The notes under the pieces are model-generated. The model ran no database searches, had not been told where the DNA came from, and was given only the letters and a program-made list of their open reading frames with translations. DNA of 64,000 nt. Origin: a bacterium (GTDB taxonomy: Bacteria; Armatimonadota; Zipacnadia; Zipacnadales; Zipacnadaceae). Positions 18,843 through 28,167 of the stretch are shown piece by piece (position 1 is the first letter of the stretch; every line of letters begins with the position of its first letter). The stretch is from contig JAUVZM010000005.1 in NCBI GenBank assembly GCA_030602615.1, positions 5,094 through 69,093 of the forward strand, given 5' to 3'. Both the position numbers and the translations under genes were made by a program.

Positions 18843-19312
18843 ACTGCCGGCAGGCGCACGCACAACTGGCTGGCTACAGTGCAGGCTTCACCCGGGGCGA
18901 GCGCCGCACGCGCTTGCAGGCACATCTGGCCGTCTGTCAGCCGTGCCGGGAGCACCTGGCGCAACTGCGCGCGCTGGATCAGCTCCTGGCTGGTGAATCG
19001 CTGAGTGCGGACGAAGCGCTGGTGCACAGAATTATGGCACAGGTGCAGGAGGCCGAGATTCTCTGCAAGTGGCGGCGGCGATGGCTGCTGGACAGCCTGG
19101 GGCCAATAGCGGCGGCGGTCAGCCTGGGGGCAGCCACGATACTGATTATCCAGCCGTACGCTGCCGAGTGGACCGCAGCACTGAGCACGTGGCAACTGGA
19201 CTGGGAGCTGCTGGCGCAGCCGCAGTGGGCGCTGGGAGCAGTCGTGGGATTGCCTTTGGTAGCGGGGACAGTGGCCTGGCTGACTAATTGGCTCGCCGAA
19301 GCGTTGACCTGA
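18839..19312 (+). CDS. anti-sigma factor (zinc-finger type) with a C-terminal transmembrane helix
   Basis: A GTG start overlaps the sigma-factor stop (GTGA). The H..C..C motif (HLAVCQPCREH) is typical of ZAS/RsrA-like anti-sigma domains. A transmembrane helix is present (LLDSLGPIAAAVSLGAATILII). Confidence 0.6.
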   Translation: MNCRQAHAQLAGYSAGFTRGERRTRLQAHLAVCQPCREHLAQLRALDQLLAGESLSADEALVHRIMAQVQEAEILCKWRRRWLLDSLGPIAAAVSLGAATILIIQPYAAEWTAALSTWQLDWELLAQPQWALGAVVGLPLVAGTVAWLTNWLAEALT

Positions 19313-19349
19313 CCCAGAACATTCGTGAGTCGCGACAGGAATGTCGCTC

Positions 19350-19715
19350 CTACGGTATGGTGAGCGCCTCGGCGGCGGCCTCCACATTCTCCAGAATCGG
19401 CACCATCGCGGCTACACCTGTCGTCAGAGTAGAAGCGGCCACCGAACCAGTGGCGCCAGCGATGGCCATATCGCCGCCCCGGCTGCGCAGGCGTACGGCA
19501 GTAGTCAGAAGCTGGCCCAGAGCCCGAGATATCAGGAATTCTGCGCCGGAAAGATCCACCACTAGGTAGCGGACGTCCTCGTCTATCAAGCTATCCAGCA
19601 GACGACTCAGCCGCTCCAGGCCCTCAGCGCCAGCGTCCACCTCTCCGCGAATAGCAAGCACTGTCACCGGCGGCTCGCGGTCTATCTCAGTCACTGCTGT
19701 TTCCATCTGCCTCAC
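19350..19715 (-). CDS. STAS-domain anti-sigma factor antagonist (SpoIIAA-like)
   Basis: The length of 121 aa and the pattern VTVLAIRGEVDAGAEGL...LVVDLSGAEFLISRALGQLL match a STAS domain. Confidence 0.7.
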   Translation of the reverse strand: MRQMETAVTEIDREPPVTVLAIRGEVDAGAEGLERLSRLLDSLIDEDVRYLVVDLSGAEFLISRALGQLLTTAVRLRSRGGDMAIAGATGSVAASTLTTGVAAMVPILENVEAAAEALTIP

Positions 19716-20556
19716 CTACTTTTGCCTTGGCGATCTGATGCTGACTTGCCCAGTCCAACAGATGCTCGGCGCACTCGTCAGGCACCTCAACCGCACCGAT
19801 CTCCACTGGTATCGGCCCCTCTGGCCCATGCGAGTCGCTGCCTCCGGTGATCAGCAGATCATTCTCCTGGGCCATCACGATATAACGACGGGTCTGCGCC
19901 GGGCTGTGAATAATATGATACGCCTCTATGCCCTGCAAGCCGCAGTCTATCAAGCTGTCAACATGTTGCTCAGCGCCATCCAGTACCGGGTGGGCCAGCA
20001 CGGGTATCCCGCCAGCGCTAATTACCAACTCTACAGCCTCGCCGGGAGCAAGCTGGTAGCGCTCCACGTAAGCTGAGCCGCCCCGGCGCAGATACCGAGC
20101 AAAGGCCTGCCGGGAATCAGCCACGTGGCCCTCTCTGGCTAATCGCCGGGCGATATGGGGCCGGCCAATGCTGTCAGGGCCAGCCTCTTCCAGCAGCTTT
20201 TCAAAGTCAATGACAATCCCCAGCTTCTCCAGCTCATCAGCAATCTGGCGTGCCCGCTGGTGGCGGGCGTCGCGAATCGCCTGCAACTTCTCCCGCAATC
20301 CGACGTGCTGTAGGTCAATGAAGTAGCCCAGGATATGTACGTCCCGGCTGTCTACCGTGGTACTTATCTCAACGGCGGGCAATACCTGCAATTCAGTGTC
20401 AGCAGCCGCCTGCTGCGCGGGCACAACCCCTGATATGCTATCATGGTCACTAATGGCAATCGCTGTCAGTTGCTTATCCAGGGCCACTTGCACTATCTGC
20501 TGCGGCGTCAGCGTGCCATCGGAAAAAGTTGAATGAATGTGTAAGTCAATTGCCAT
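19687..20556 (-). CDS. PHP-domain phosphoesterase (TrpH/YciV-like)
   Basis: MAIDLHIHSTFSDG...AISDHD...HP are PHP metal-binding motifs. The chosen start is ATG at 20556, and the ORF-track N-terminal extension is judged unlikely. It overlaps the helicase stop by 11 nt. Confidence 0.75.
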   Translation of the reverse strand: MAIDLHIHSTFSDGTLTPQQIVQVALDKQLTAIAISDHDSISGVVPAQQAAADTELQVLPAVEISTTVDSRDVHILGYFIDLQHVGLREKLQAIRDARHQRARQIADELEKLGIVIDFEKLLEEAGPDSIGRPHIARRLAREGHVADSRQAFARYLRRGGSAYVERYQLAPGEAVELVISAGGIPVLAHPVLDGAEQHVDSLIDCGLQGIEAYHIIHSPAQTRRYIVMAQENDLLITGGSDSHGPEGPIPVEIGAVEVPDECAEHLLDWASQHQIAKAKVGEADGNSSD

Positions 20557-22876
20557 TCTGCGGTTTATTTCCCGAAGTGGCCGGCTCAGTCCTTCCTGTT
20601 GCCCACAACTGAGCCAGCAGTGCTGCGCCCGTCTTGTCCAACGGTTGATTGTCATCGCCGCAACTGGGCGACTGCACGCAGCCCGGACAGCCGGCTTCAC
20701 ACGAGCAGTTTGTTATCCGTTCATAGACCGCACCCAACACTTCCTCGGCCCGGTAGTAGGCCTCCTCGCAGATACCCACCCCCCCCGGATATCCGTCATA
20801 GATGAAAACTCCCCCGCCGTCCAGTGCTTTGTGATAAAAATACGAAACCCCCCCAATATCGTGGGCCTCACACAGCGCAAACAAGGGTAGCAGCGCCACG
20901 AGCGCGTGCTCCAGAGCGTGCAGGCTACCCATGGGGTGGCACTTGTGCGCGGCCAGCATCTGCGCCGCCGCCTCGCTGAGGGTCAGCCATACTCCTACTG
21001 TCTCGTAGTCCTGCGCCGGTAAATTCAGCTTTTCGCTTCCACATTGCTGGCCGCTTTCCCGGTTGAACTTGCGATACCCCACGACCTGGTTGTGGACATT
21101 GACCTCGCCGAGGCCTATCTGGCCGCAGCCAGCCAGCTCTCGCCTGTCATAAGCCTCAATGACATCCACGTCCGACATCTCCAGAGTCTGAGTGTAATAT
21201 TCAACATCAGTCGGCTCCACGGTGATGCGGTACTCTTCTATATCCAGGTCAGTAACCAGGTAGTCCTCTCCCTGGTGCAGGTAGACCGCGCCGGGATAGG
21301 TTATCCAGTAGACCGAATGTTCGTCAATCGTGCCCAGCAGCTCATCACAACTGGCATCAATAATCTCAAACTCGCCACCGGCACTGCTGCGGATATTGAC
21401 CTCGGCCGGTGGATAGATATCTACATCGCCGGACCAGTGCCAGCGGCGGCGCTTGCGCAGATAGTTGTGCTTCTCCAATGTCTGCAGAATTGCAGGCATC
21501 TGAGGGCCGAAGAAATCCTCGTCATCTTCAGCCAGCGACAACTCGTAAGCTGCGCACAGCAGATGCTGTCCCAGAATGAAGCGGTTATCGGGATTGATCA
21601 ACACTCGCTCCTGAGCAGCGTCCAGCAGATACTCGGGATGCTCAATGACATACTGGTCAATACCGCCGGGCAGCGCCACCAGCACGGCAAGCGAATCATG
21701 CTGCCCCCGGCCAGCCCGCCCGACCTGTTGCCAGGCCGAGGAGATACTGCCCGGATAACCGGTCATCACCACCGCGTCCAAGCCACCGATGTCCACGCCT
21801 AGCTCCAGGGCACTGGTAGCCGCCACCGCCAGCAAGTCACCGGAAAAGAGTTGCTGCTCGATCTGGCGCCGCTGCTCAGGTAAGTACCCTCCCCGATAAG
21901 CCATCAGGCGCTCGCTGAGCCTCTCATCGCCAGCCAGCTCGCGCATGTACTGGAGAATAAGCTCGGCATGCTGGCGGGCCTGGGTGAAGGTGAGCGTGCG
22001 AATGCCGCGGCCGGCCAGCGCCACGGTTAGCTTAGCAGCCTCCACACTGCCGCTGCGCCGCCGACCTGAGTCAGGTTCGAGCAGCGGCGGATTCCAGAAG
22101 ACGAAAAAACGCCGTCCCCGCGCCGAGGTGTCTTCGCTGATCACCTCAAAATCTGCCCCCACCAGCCGTCGGCAGTGCTCGCCGGGATTGCCCACAGTCG
22201 CCGACGAGCAGATGAACTGCGGCTCTGCACCGTGGTATTGGGCAATCCGCCGCAGTCGGCGCAGCACATTGGCCGTGTGCGAGCCGAACACGCCCCGGTA
22301 GGTATGCACCTCATCGAGCACGACATACTTAAGGTGCTCAAAGAAGTCGGCCCACGACTGATGATACGGGCAGACGGCCATATGCAGCATATCGGGGTTG
22401 GTGAGAATGACTTGCGAATACTGGCGGATGCGCCGGCGCTGGCTCTGGGGGGTGTCGCCGTCGTAGGTGTTAGCGGTAAACACCTCCCCGGCGCCAAAAT
22501 CGCTCAGCTTGCCCAGTTGATCCTGCGCCAGCGCCTTGGTCGGATAGACCAGGATTGCTCGAGTGGTTGGGTCTTCGTATATTGCCTGGGCCAGTGGCAC
22601 TGTGTAACACAGTGTCTTTCCGCTGGCCGTACCCGCGGCAATGACCACATTTTTGCCGGCAAATACCTGCTCGATGGCCCGGACCTGGTGACGATAGAGC
22701 CTATCCAGGCCCAGATTATCCAGAATAGTCTCCACCTGCGGGCTTAGTTGTACATCCAGTTCATCGTAACGCGCCGGCTGCGGGGGAATCACCTGAAGAT
22801 GCTGGATCTGGTCCTGGTAATCTGCACCTGTGGTCAGCTCATCCAGGAATGCCTCGATGGGAGACTGCTCGCTCAC
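20546..22876 (-). CDS. DEAH-box helicase with a C-terminal DUF1998 zinc-finger domain (MrfA/YprA-like)
   Basis: Walker A (AAGTASGKT), DEVH box (VVLDEVHTY) and helicase C motifs are present. The C-terminal CSCEAGCPGCVQSPSCG four-Cys motif is the DUF1998 hallmark. Confidence 0.75.
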   Translation of the reverse strand: MSEQSPIEAFLDELTTGADYQDQIQHLQVIPPQPARYDELDVQLSPQVETILDNLGLDRLYRHQVRAIEQVFAGKNVVIAAGTASGKTLCYTVPLAQAIYEDPTTRAILVYPTKALAQDQLGKLSDFGAGEVFTANTYDGDTPQSQRRRIRQYSQVILTNPDMLHMAVCPYHQSWADFFEHLKYVVLDEVHTYRGVFGSHTANVLRRLRRIAQYHGAEPQFICSSATVGNPGEHCRRLVGADFEVISEDTSARGRRFFVFWNPPLLEPDSGRRRSGSVEAAKLTVALAGRGIRTLTFTQARQHAELILQYMRELAGDERLSERLMAYRGGYLPEQRRQIEQQLFSGDLLAVAATSALELGVDIGGLDAVVMTGYPGSISSAWQQVGRAGRGQHDSLAVLVALPGGIDQYVIEHPEYLLDAAQERVLINPDNRFILGQHLLCAAYELSLAEDDEDFFGPQMPAILQTLEKHNYLRKRRRWHWSGDVDIYPPAEVNIRSSAGGEFEIIDASCDELLGTIDEHSVYWITYPGAVYLHQGEDYLVTDLDIEEYRITVEPTDVEYYTQTLEMSDVDVIEAYDRRELAGCGQIGLGEVNVHNQVVGYRKFNRESGQQCGSEKLNLPAQDYETVGVWLTLSEAAAQMLAAHKCHPMGSLHALEHALVALLPLFALCEAHDIGGVSYFYHKALDGGGVFIYDGYPGGVGICEEAYYRAEEVLGAVYERITNCSCEAGCPGCVQSPSCGDDNQPLDKTGAALLAQLWATGRTEPATSGNKPQNGN

Positions 22877-23697
22877 TGCTCCTCACCTTCGGGGTCATCG
22901 ATCAGCTCATCATAGGGCGGGGGGAGCAGCTCATCTTCGCCGTCGGAGAGGTGAGGGCGCTTTTCGACCAGACGCACCAGACCAATGCTGAGCACATACA
23001 GCAACACCAGGGGCCCGGCCATAAACAGCATTGTCACCGGGTCGGTGGTGGGTGTAGCCACGGCCGCAACGATGAATATAGCAACCAGGGCATAGCGCCA
23101 CCATGTGAGCAGGCCGGTTGCTCGCACGATGCCAACCACACCCAGAAACATCAGCACCAGCGGCAGCTCAAAAGCCAGCCCGAAGACCAGCAGCAGTCGC
23201 AGCAGGAAATACAGATAGGGCTGGAGGGTCAGCTCCACCTCCACGCCCATGCTCTGATTGATGTGGAAGAAGAACGCGAAGGCGCGCGGCGAGATAAGAT
23301 AGCAGAACACAACTCCCCCGCCAAAAAGAATGGTTGCCGCTGGCAGCAGCCAGAAGACATAACGCTTCTCGTGGGGCTCGAGGGCCGGCTTGATGAATAG
23401 CCACATCTCCATAAAGATCAGCGGCGCGGCGAGGATGAGGCCAGCCACCAGCGCGATCTGCATCATCAGTATGAACCCGGCGGCCGGCTCGAAGATGCGG
23501 AAGGGCAGCTCCTCAATACCCGCCTGCTGCGCGCCGATCTCCGCCGGCAGCCGCAGGACTTCAAGCAGCGGACTGCGGATGGTCCAAGCCAACGCGGTGC
23601 CAACCGCCACATAGATAAGCATCCGCAGGATGCGCATACGCAGCTCATCCAGATGCTCAAAGAACGAGGCCTCTTTTCGGTAGCTCTGGGCAGTCAC
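22873..23697 (-). CDS. tatC: twin-arginine translocase subunit TatC
   Basis: Six transmembrane helices and the TatC N-terminal motif FFEHLDELRMRIL are present, with a short acidic C-terminal tail. Confidence 0.85.
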   Translation of the reverse strand: MTAQSYRKEASFFEHLDELRMRILRMLIYVAVGTALAWTIRSPLLEVLRLPAEIGAQQAGIEELPFRIFEPAAGFILMMQIALVAGLILAAPLIFMEMWLFIKPALEPHEKRYVFWLLPAATILFGGGVVFCYLISPRAFAFFFHINQSMGVEVELTLQPYLYFLLRLLLVFGLAFELPLVLMFLGVVGIVRATGLLTWWRYALVAIFIVAAVATPTTDPVTMLFMAGPLVLLYVLSIGLVRLVEKRPHLSDGEDELLPPPYDELIDDPEGEEQ

Positions 23698-23825
23698 AGC
23701 AATTGCCTACTCCCAATCCCACTCCAACATTTAGCAAGCACAAGTCCCGAAGGAATCCTGGTGCCGGGCAGCGAACTTAACCGCAGTTGTCTGTAAGTCT
23801 ACTGTTCTTTTGAGGAGGCGACAAG

Positions 23826-24197
23826 GTGGTAACTGAATCTGGAACACCTGATGATATACTCCGTACGCTGCGCCGGGACAACCCCGACGTCACCGCGGCG
23901 ATGGTGGTGACCCCCGACGGCTTCCCCGTTGCCGCGGATACCGGCCCGCAGGTCTCCGAGGATATGCTGGGGGCGCTGGCGGCTGACCTTCTCACCCGCG
24001 CAGCCCGCAGCGCTCGAGAATTCGGACAGGGCACCATCGAAGAGCTGTACGCTCGCGCCGAGACTGGTCATCTGATTGTGGTTACCGCCGGCGCCGAGCA
24101 GCTCCTGGCCTGCCTGGCTGCACCGGAAGTGACCCTGGGCCTGCTGCTGGCCGACGTGCGCCAGGCTGCCAATAAGCTGGCCTCAACTGCTGGCTAA
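23826..24197 (+). CDS. roadblock/LC7 domain protein (MglB-like)
   Basis: The 123-aa alpha-beta-alpha LC7 pattern TAAMVVTPDGFPVAAD...GHLIVVTAGAEQLLA is present. The start is GTG, preceded by GAGGAGG. Confidence 0.65.
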   Translation: MVTESGTPDDILRTLRRDNPDVTAAMVVTPDGFPVAADTGPQVSEDMLGALAADLLTRAARSAREFGQGTIEELYARAETGHLIVVTAGAEQLLACLAAPEVTLGLLLADVRQAANKLASTAG

Positions 24198-24231
24198 TCG
24201 CTGGGCCGCCTGTTGTTCTTGCTGCCAGGCC

Positions 24232-25230
24232 CTATCTGCGTTCCTTGTACCATGTCTCAAAGTATTCCCGGCTGCGGGCCAGGCTACGTTCCAGCCAGTC
24301 CTGATGGTCGGCAAACCAGCGCACCGTTCTGCGCAGGCCCTCTTCCCACTGAATCTGTGGCTGCCAGCCCAGTTCAGCCATTTTCTGGCCACTCATAGCA
24401 TACCGAACATCGTGACCGGGACGATCCGTTACATGCTTGATGAGGCTGGCGGGCTTGCCCAGCTCGTCCAGTATCACTCGAATCGTCTCCAGATTCTCGC
24501 GCTCGCTGCCGGCGAGAATGTTATACACCTCTCCGACCTGGCCCTTCTCCAGCAATGTGTGCATCGCCCGACAGTAGTCGGTCACATGCAGCCAGTCGCG
24601 CCGCTGCCGGCCATCGCCGTAGACCGGCAACGGCTCGTCGCGCAGCGCCTTATAGACGAACAGCGGCACCAGCTTCTCGGGATATTGATAGGGGCCGTAG
24701 TTGTTACACGGGCGCGAGATGATAACGGGCACGTCGTAGGTCACATAGTACGCCTGGGCCAGGTGGTCGGCGCCGGCCTTGCTGGCTGAGTAGGGATTGC
24801 GGGGATTCAGCCGCGCCGCTTCGTCGAACTGGCCCGTCTTAACCGGCCCGTAAACCTCATCGGTGGAGACATGCAGAAACAGATCCGGCTGAGTCTGGCG
24901 GGCAGCCTCCAGCAGCACAAAAGTACCCTGAAAGTTGGTCTGCATTGCCGGCTGCGGCCCCAGGATGCTGCGGTCCACATGCGACTCCGCCGCCAGGTGC
25001 ACCACCACATTCACGCCGGCCATCGCCTCCTGCACTACATCCACATCGCAAATATCTCCTTCAACAATAGTGACCCTGGGGTCGGCATCAACGTCGGCCA
25101 GATTCTCCCGACTGCCCGCATAAGTGAACTTGTCCAGCACCCGCACCCGCGCATCCGGAATATGCTCAAGCAGATACCGGACGAAATTACAACCAATGAA
25201 TCCTGCGCCACCCGTTACTAGAATGTTCAT
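24232..25230 (-). CDS. rfbB: dTDP-glucose 4,6-dehydratase
   Basis: The N-terminus MNILVTGGAGFIGCNFVRYLL, the YSASKAGADH catalytic motif and the SDR-extended fold are present. The start is taken at the internal ATG at 25230. Confidence 0.85.
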   Translation of the reverse strand: MNILVTGGAGFIGCNFVRYLLEHIPDARVRVLDKFTYAGSRENLADVDADPRVTIVEGDICDVDVVQEAMAGVNVVVHLAAESHVDRSILGPQPAMQTNFQGTFVLLEAARQTQPDLFLHVSTDEVYGPVKTGQFDEAARLNPRNPYSASKAGADHLAQAYYVTYDVPVIISRPCNNYGPYQYPEKLVPLFVYKALRDEPLPVYGDGRQRRDWLHVTDYCRAMHTLLEKGQVGEVYNILAGSERENLETIRVILDELGKPASLIKHVTDRPGHDVRYAMSGQKMAELGWQPQIQWEEGLRRTVRWFADHQDWLERSLARSREYFETWYKERR

Positions 25231-25270
25231 ACCCGTCTCCCTGACTACATCACATGTGGGGATGATCATA

Positions 25271-26068
25271 TCAATCGGCTGATCCAGCTTCCTGCATCAG
25301 CGCCTCAAGATCAGGCATTCCACCTTTCGGTGTAACACCTATTAGTGCTTGAGCAGCCTCAATTTGAATACCAAGGGCTATCATGAGTTGACGCAGTATC
25401 CACAGGGATAGCTTCTGCTGATCAATACGTTCGGTGTGTCCGTCCAGCCTAAGCTCGTCGGGGAAGGCGTATGTTACCCCGTAGACACTGGGATGAACCA
25501 ACTCGCACAGCCGGGCATAACAGCAGTCAAACTGCATCCTACGCCCTGCCTGCCGAAATGTACTGGCAATGCTGAGACCATTCCAGCTATCGGCGTCTTG
25601 GAAGAGTGGCTGGCCATTCTCGTCATGCTCTCCTTGCCAAAGCCCATCTCGGAACTCACGGAACTCTTTGACCTTTTCCCTCAAACACCGCCGTGCTTTG
25701 GGAGTATCGTACCGCGACACTATCTTGTGCTTCTTGAACCCTTTCCAGGCTCGAAGCCGATCCTGTGCGTCACTAATCAGAAACAGTCTAGCGAAGTCTT
25801 CAGCATCGCTTCCTCTACTACGTATGTAGGCCAGCACGCCTGCGTCCTCGAATACCGTGCGCGTCAGGACACCTGCTGCTTCCCAGTACTCACTATCAAG
25901 CAGGAGTTTGGTAGCACAACCGAAGTTGGAGGATCGCGAAAAAACCACGTGAATTGCGCCCCATCGGTGCAGTTGTGAACGGGGAGTATTTCCGTGTTGG
26001 ATCAACCTTCCCCAAACAGTTTCGGCCACTTCCTGATGACAGGTGAGTATCTCATCAAGTGACTTCAT
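25271..26068 (-). CDS. hypothetical protein in a lower-GC stretch (orphan)
   Basis: The 265-aa ORF has no recognised domain. Local GC is about 50-57% against roughly 62% in the surroundings. It is wedged between rfbB and purN. Confidence 0.4.
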   Translation of the reverse strand: MKSLDEILTCHQEVAETVWGRLIQHGNTPRSQLHRWGAIHVVFSRSSNFGCATKLLLDSEYWEAAGVLTRTVFEDAGVLAYIRSRGSDAEDFARLFLISDAQDRLRAWKGFKKHKIVSRYDTPKARRCLREKVKEFREFRDGLWQGEHDENGQPLFQDADSWNGLSIASTFRQAGRRMQFDCCYARLCELVHPSVYGVTYAFPDELRLDGHTERIDQQKLSLWILRQLMIALGIQIEAAQALIGVTPKGGMPDLEALMQEAGSAD

Positions 26069-26127
26069 AGGCTCATACACCGTACCTCTACGCGCTTTGT
26101 CCAAGAAGTACCTACCGCGGGACTGTC

Positions 26128-26796
26128 TCAGATCTCCAATCCCGGGCTGATTATTGCCTCCATGATAGTCGGTGGGCGAGCGTCTTCCAGAATTACGCGG
26201 CGGCCCTCGATACGCAGGCGACCCTCGGCACACCACTGAATCGCCTGCGGGTATATCTTATGCTCCTGCGCAAGGATACGAGCGGCGAGGCTGGCGCCGT
26301 CGTCGCCGGGGAGCACCGGCACCGCCGCCTGGATGATAATCGGGCCGGTATCAAACTCCGGCCAGGCAAAATGCACCGTGCAGCCCGCGACTTTCACGCC
26401 ATAGTCAGCAGCATCCTCCTGCCCGTGCGTGCCTGGGAAAGAGGGCAGCAGCGCCGGGTGAATGTTGAGTATCGCCTCCGGATAGGCTGCAAACATATTG
26501 GGCCCGATCAGGCGCATATATCCCGCCAGACAGACCAGGTCCACATCGTGGTTCTGGAGCAGTTCAACATGCCGCCGATCCGCCGCTGTGAATTCAGGGC
26601 TGTCATTTTTGCCGACGGGCACGTGGTAGGCAGGGATGTCGTGGCTGCGGGCCCGCTCCAGCGCATACGCATCAGCCTTGTCGCTGATGACCACCGTCAC
26701 CGTGGCGTCAATCCTGCCTCCTGCGCAGGCATCAATAATCGCTTGCAGGTTAGTCCCGCCGCCGGAGACGAATACACCAAGGTTGAGCTGGCTCAT
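26128..26796 (-). CDS. purN: phosphoribosylglycinamide formyltransferase
   Basis: The N-terminus LGVFVSGGGTNLQAII and the catalytic motifs NIHPALLP..G.H are present. The start is taken at the internal ATG at 26796. Confidence 0.85.
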   Translation of the reverse strand: MSQLNLGVFVSGGGTNLQAIIDACAGGRIDATVTVVISDKADAYALERARSHDIPAYHVPVGKNDSPEFTAADRRHVELLQNHDVDLVCLAGYMRLIGPNMFAAYPEAILNIHPALLPSFPGTHGQEDAADYGVKVAGCTVHFAWPEFDTGPIIIQAAVPVLPGDDGASLAARILAQEHKIYPQAIQWCAEGRLRIEGRRVILEDARPPTIMEAIISPGLEI

Positions 26797-26897
26797 TGTT
26801 AGACACCTTCCACATAAACTCATCCGAAGCTGGTTACCTGTAACCTTTCGCGGCCCGCGGGCAAAATCCTGCCTGCCCTCCGCCCAGAACCAGGCCT

Positions 26898-26926
26898 TTG
26901 CCAGGCCCAAGTTGTCGATGTATAAT
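26898..26926 (+). promoter_or_regulatory. sigma-70-like promoter (TTGCCA-17-TATAAT) for the 26970 gene
   Basis: A -35 element TTGCCA, a 17-nt spacer and a perfect -10 TATAAT at 26921-26926 precede an RBS AAGGGGG and the ATG at 26970. Confidence 0.35.
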
Positions 26927-26969
26927 GAAAGGGCAACCATGGGAAAGCAGATAGTAAGGGGGTAGGCGA

Positions 26970-28037
26970 ATGAGAACGACAATGCTAATCCTGTCTCTTC
27001 TGGCCCTGGCAGTAATACCTGCGCTCACAGACGACGGCGCAATCGGGGTAGTTGGTGGCGCAGTGCAGATGCTCGACGAACACAGCGATGTGCGGATGGT
27101 CTCTGCAAAGATCAGTGCTGATGTCCATATAGGGAGCACCAGGGTTCGCTGCGAGTACCTGCTCAAGAATGAAGGCAAGGGGCAGATGGTAACCTTGGGC
27201 TTCCCAGACATGCCGGGATGGGAGGGAGCTGACGTCCGAATAACGCATGTGCATCTCCACGACTTCCGCTCGTGGGTTGATGGCAAGCGATTGTCTGTCA
27301 AGCTTCACACTATGTCCCGGGAAAAAGGCTCCGGCTTCGACCGGTGGTATGTTAGGCGGATATGGTTTGGTCCTGGTCGAACGCGGCAGGTGGTCAATAC
27401 CTACATCCAAGGTCATGGTATGATGTCGGACGGGTCGCGGTGGTTTCCCTATACCATATGGCCGGCGGGATCATGGAGGGGCCCCATTGGCGAACTTGAC
27501 ATCACTGTGCGGTGGTGCGAACCGCACTTGTGGAACCATGAACGCACGCGGACATGGTCATGGACCGACCTCGAGCCCACTCGGCAACACGTCGCGGATA
27601 TATTTGTGGGTTTTTACCCGGCGTGGCGGCAGGCGGTTGTCAACGGGGAAAAGAACTGGGGCCCAGAAGCTGCTAACTGGTTCCTGGTCTACTCAGACCT
27701 GACCATGGCTCCAGTGCGGCATCTAGCCAGTTTGCTCGGCTTGGAGTGTGTTTGGGCCGATGGGGTAGTCGCCCTGTCGGACGGTGCGGGGAAGATGTTC
27801 GTTTGCCAGGTCGATAGCGAGAAAGCAATTGTCAACAGCAAGGTGATTACCATGCGAAGGGCACCTATGCTGCGGACCGCGCCCGGCTACACCAGGGGAC
27901 AACGCCATATGTATGCTCCCCTTCGCCCGATTTGTGACGTGTTCGGCTGGCGCTGCAGCCTGTACTACGACCAGTACGCCGTGGTGCTGGAGCGCGCGGA
28001 GCCAAAGCCCGCTCAGGCAGTGGAGGAGAGCCAATAG
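26970..28037 (+). CDS. secreted protein with a C-terminal copper-amine-oxidase-N-terminal-like (stalk) domain
   Basis: A signal peptide is present. The W/H-rich N-terminal domain is of unknown family. The C-terminal ~70 aa (KVITMRRAPMLRTAPGYTRGQRHMYAPLRPICDVFGWRCSLYYDQYAVVLER) resembles Cu_amine_oxidN1 stalk domains. Confidence 0.5.
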   Translation: MRTTMLILSLLALAVIPALTDDGAIGVVGGAVQMLDEHSDVRMVSAKISADVHIGSTRVRCEYLLKNEGKGQMVTLGFPDMPGWEGADVRITHVHLHDFRSWVDGKRLSVKLHTMSREKGSGFDRWYVRRIWFGPGRTRQVVNTYIQGHGMMSDGSRWFPYTIWPAGSWRGPIGELDITVRWCEPHLWNHERTRTWSWTDLEPTRQHVADIFVGFYPAWRQAVVNGEKNWGPEAANWFLVYSDLTMAPVRHLASLLGLECVWADGVVALSDGAGKMFVCQVDSEKAIVNSKVITMRRAPMLRTAPGYTRGQRHMYAPLRPICDVFGWRCSLYYDQYAVVLERAEPKPAQAVEESQ

Positions 28038-28102
28038 CGAAGAAAGAAGCCCCTGGTGGCTGGCGGACTCAGAACTTGATCTACGTGGCCCGCGGCGTAG
28101 TA

Positions 28103-28159
28103 TTGACAAACGAGGCAAATAGTGTTAGACTCTAACGGCATATTGGAATCTGTCAATAT
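28103..28159 (+). promoter_or_regulatory. promoter (TTGACA-17-TAGACT) with an inverted repeat that is a candidate ArsR/SmtB operator
   Basis: A -35 element TTGACA at 28103-28108, a 17-nt spacer and a -10 element TAGACT are present. ATATTG-N8-CAATAT (28140-28159) lies between the promoter and the arsR ATG at 28168. Confidence 0.4.
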
Positions 28160-28167
28160 TTACAGCT

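Noticed and set aside
20557-20700. N-terminal 48-aa extensions on the PHP phosphoesterase (and similarly on purN, rfbB, porD, nusB, the TPR protein and the 25271 ORF) as given in the ORF track
   Set aside because: Conserved family N-termini begin at internal ATG or GTG codons with better ribosome-binding sites. The extensions would overlap upstream genes.
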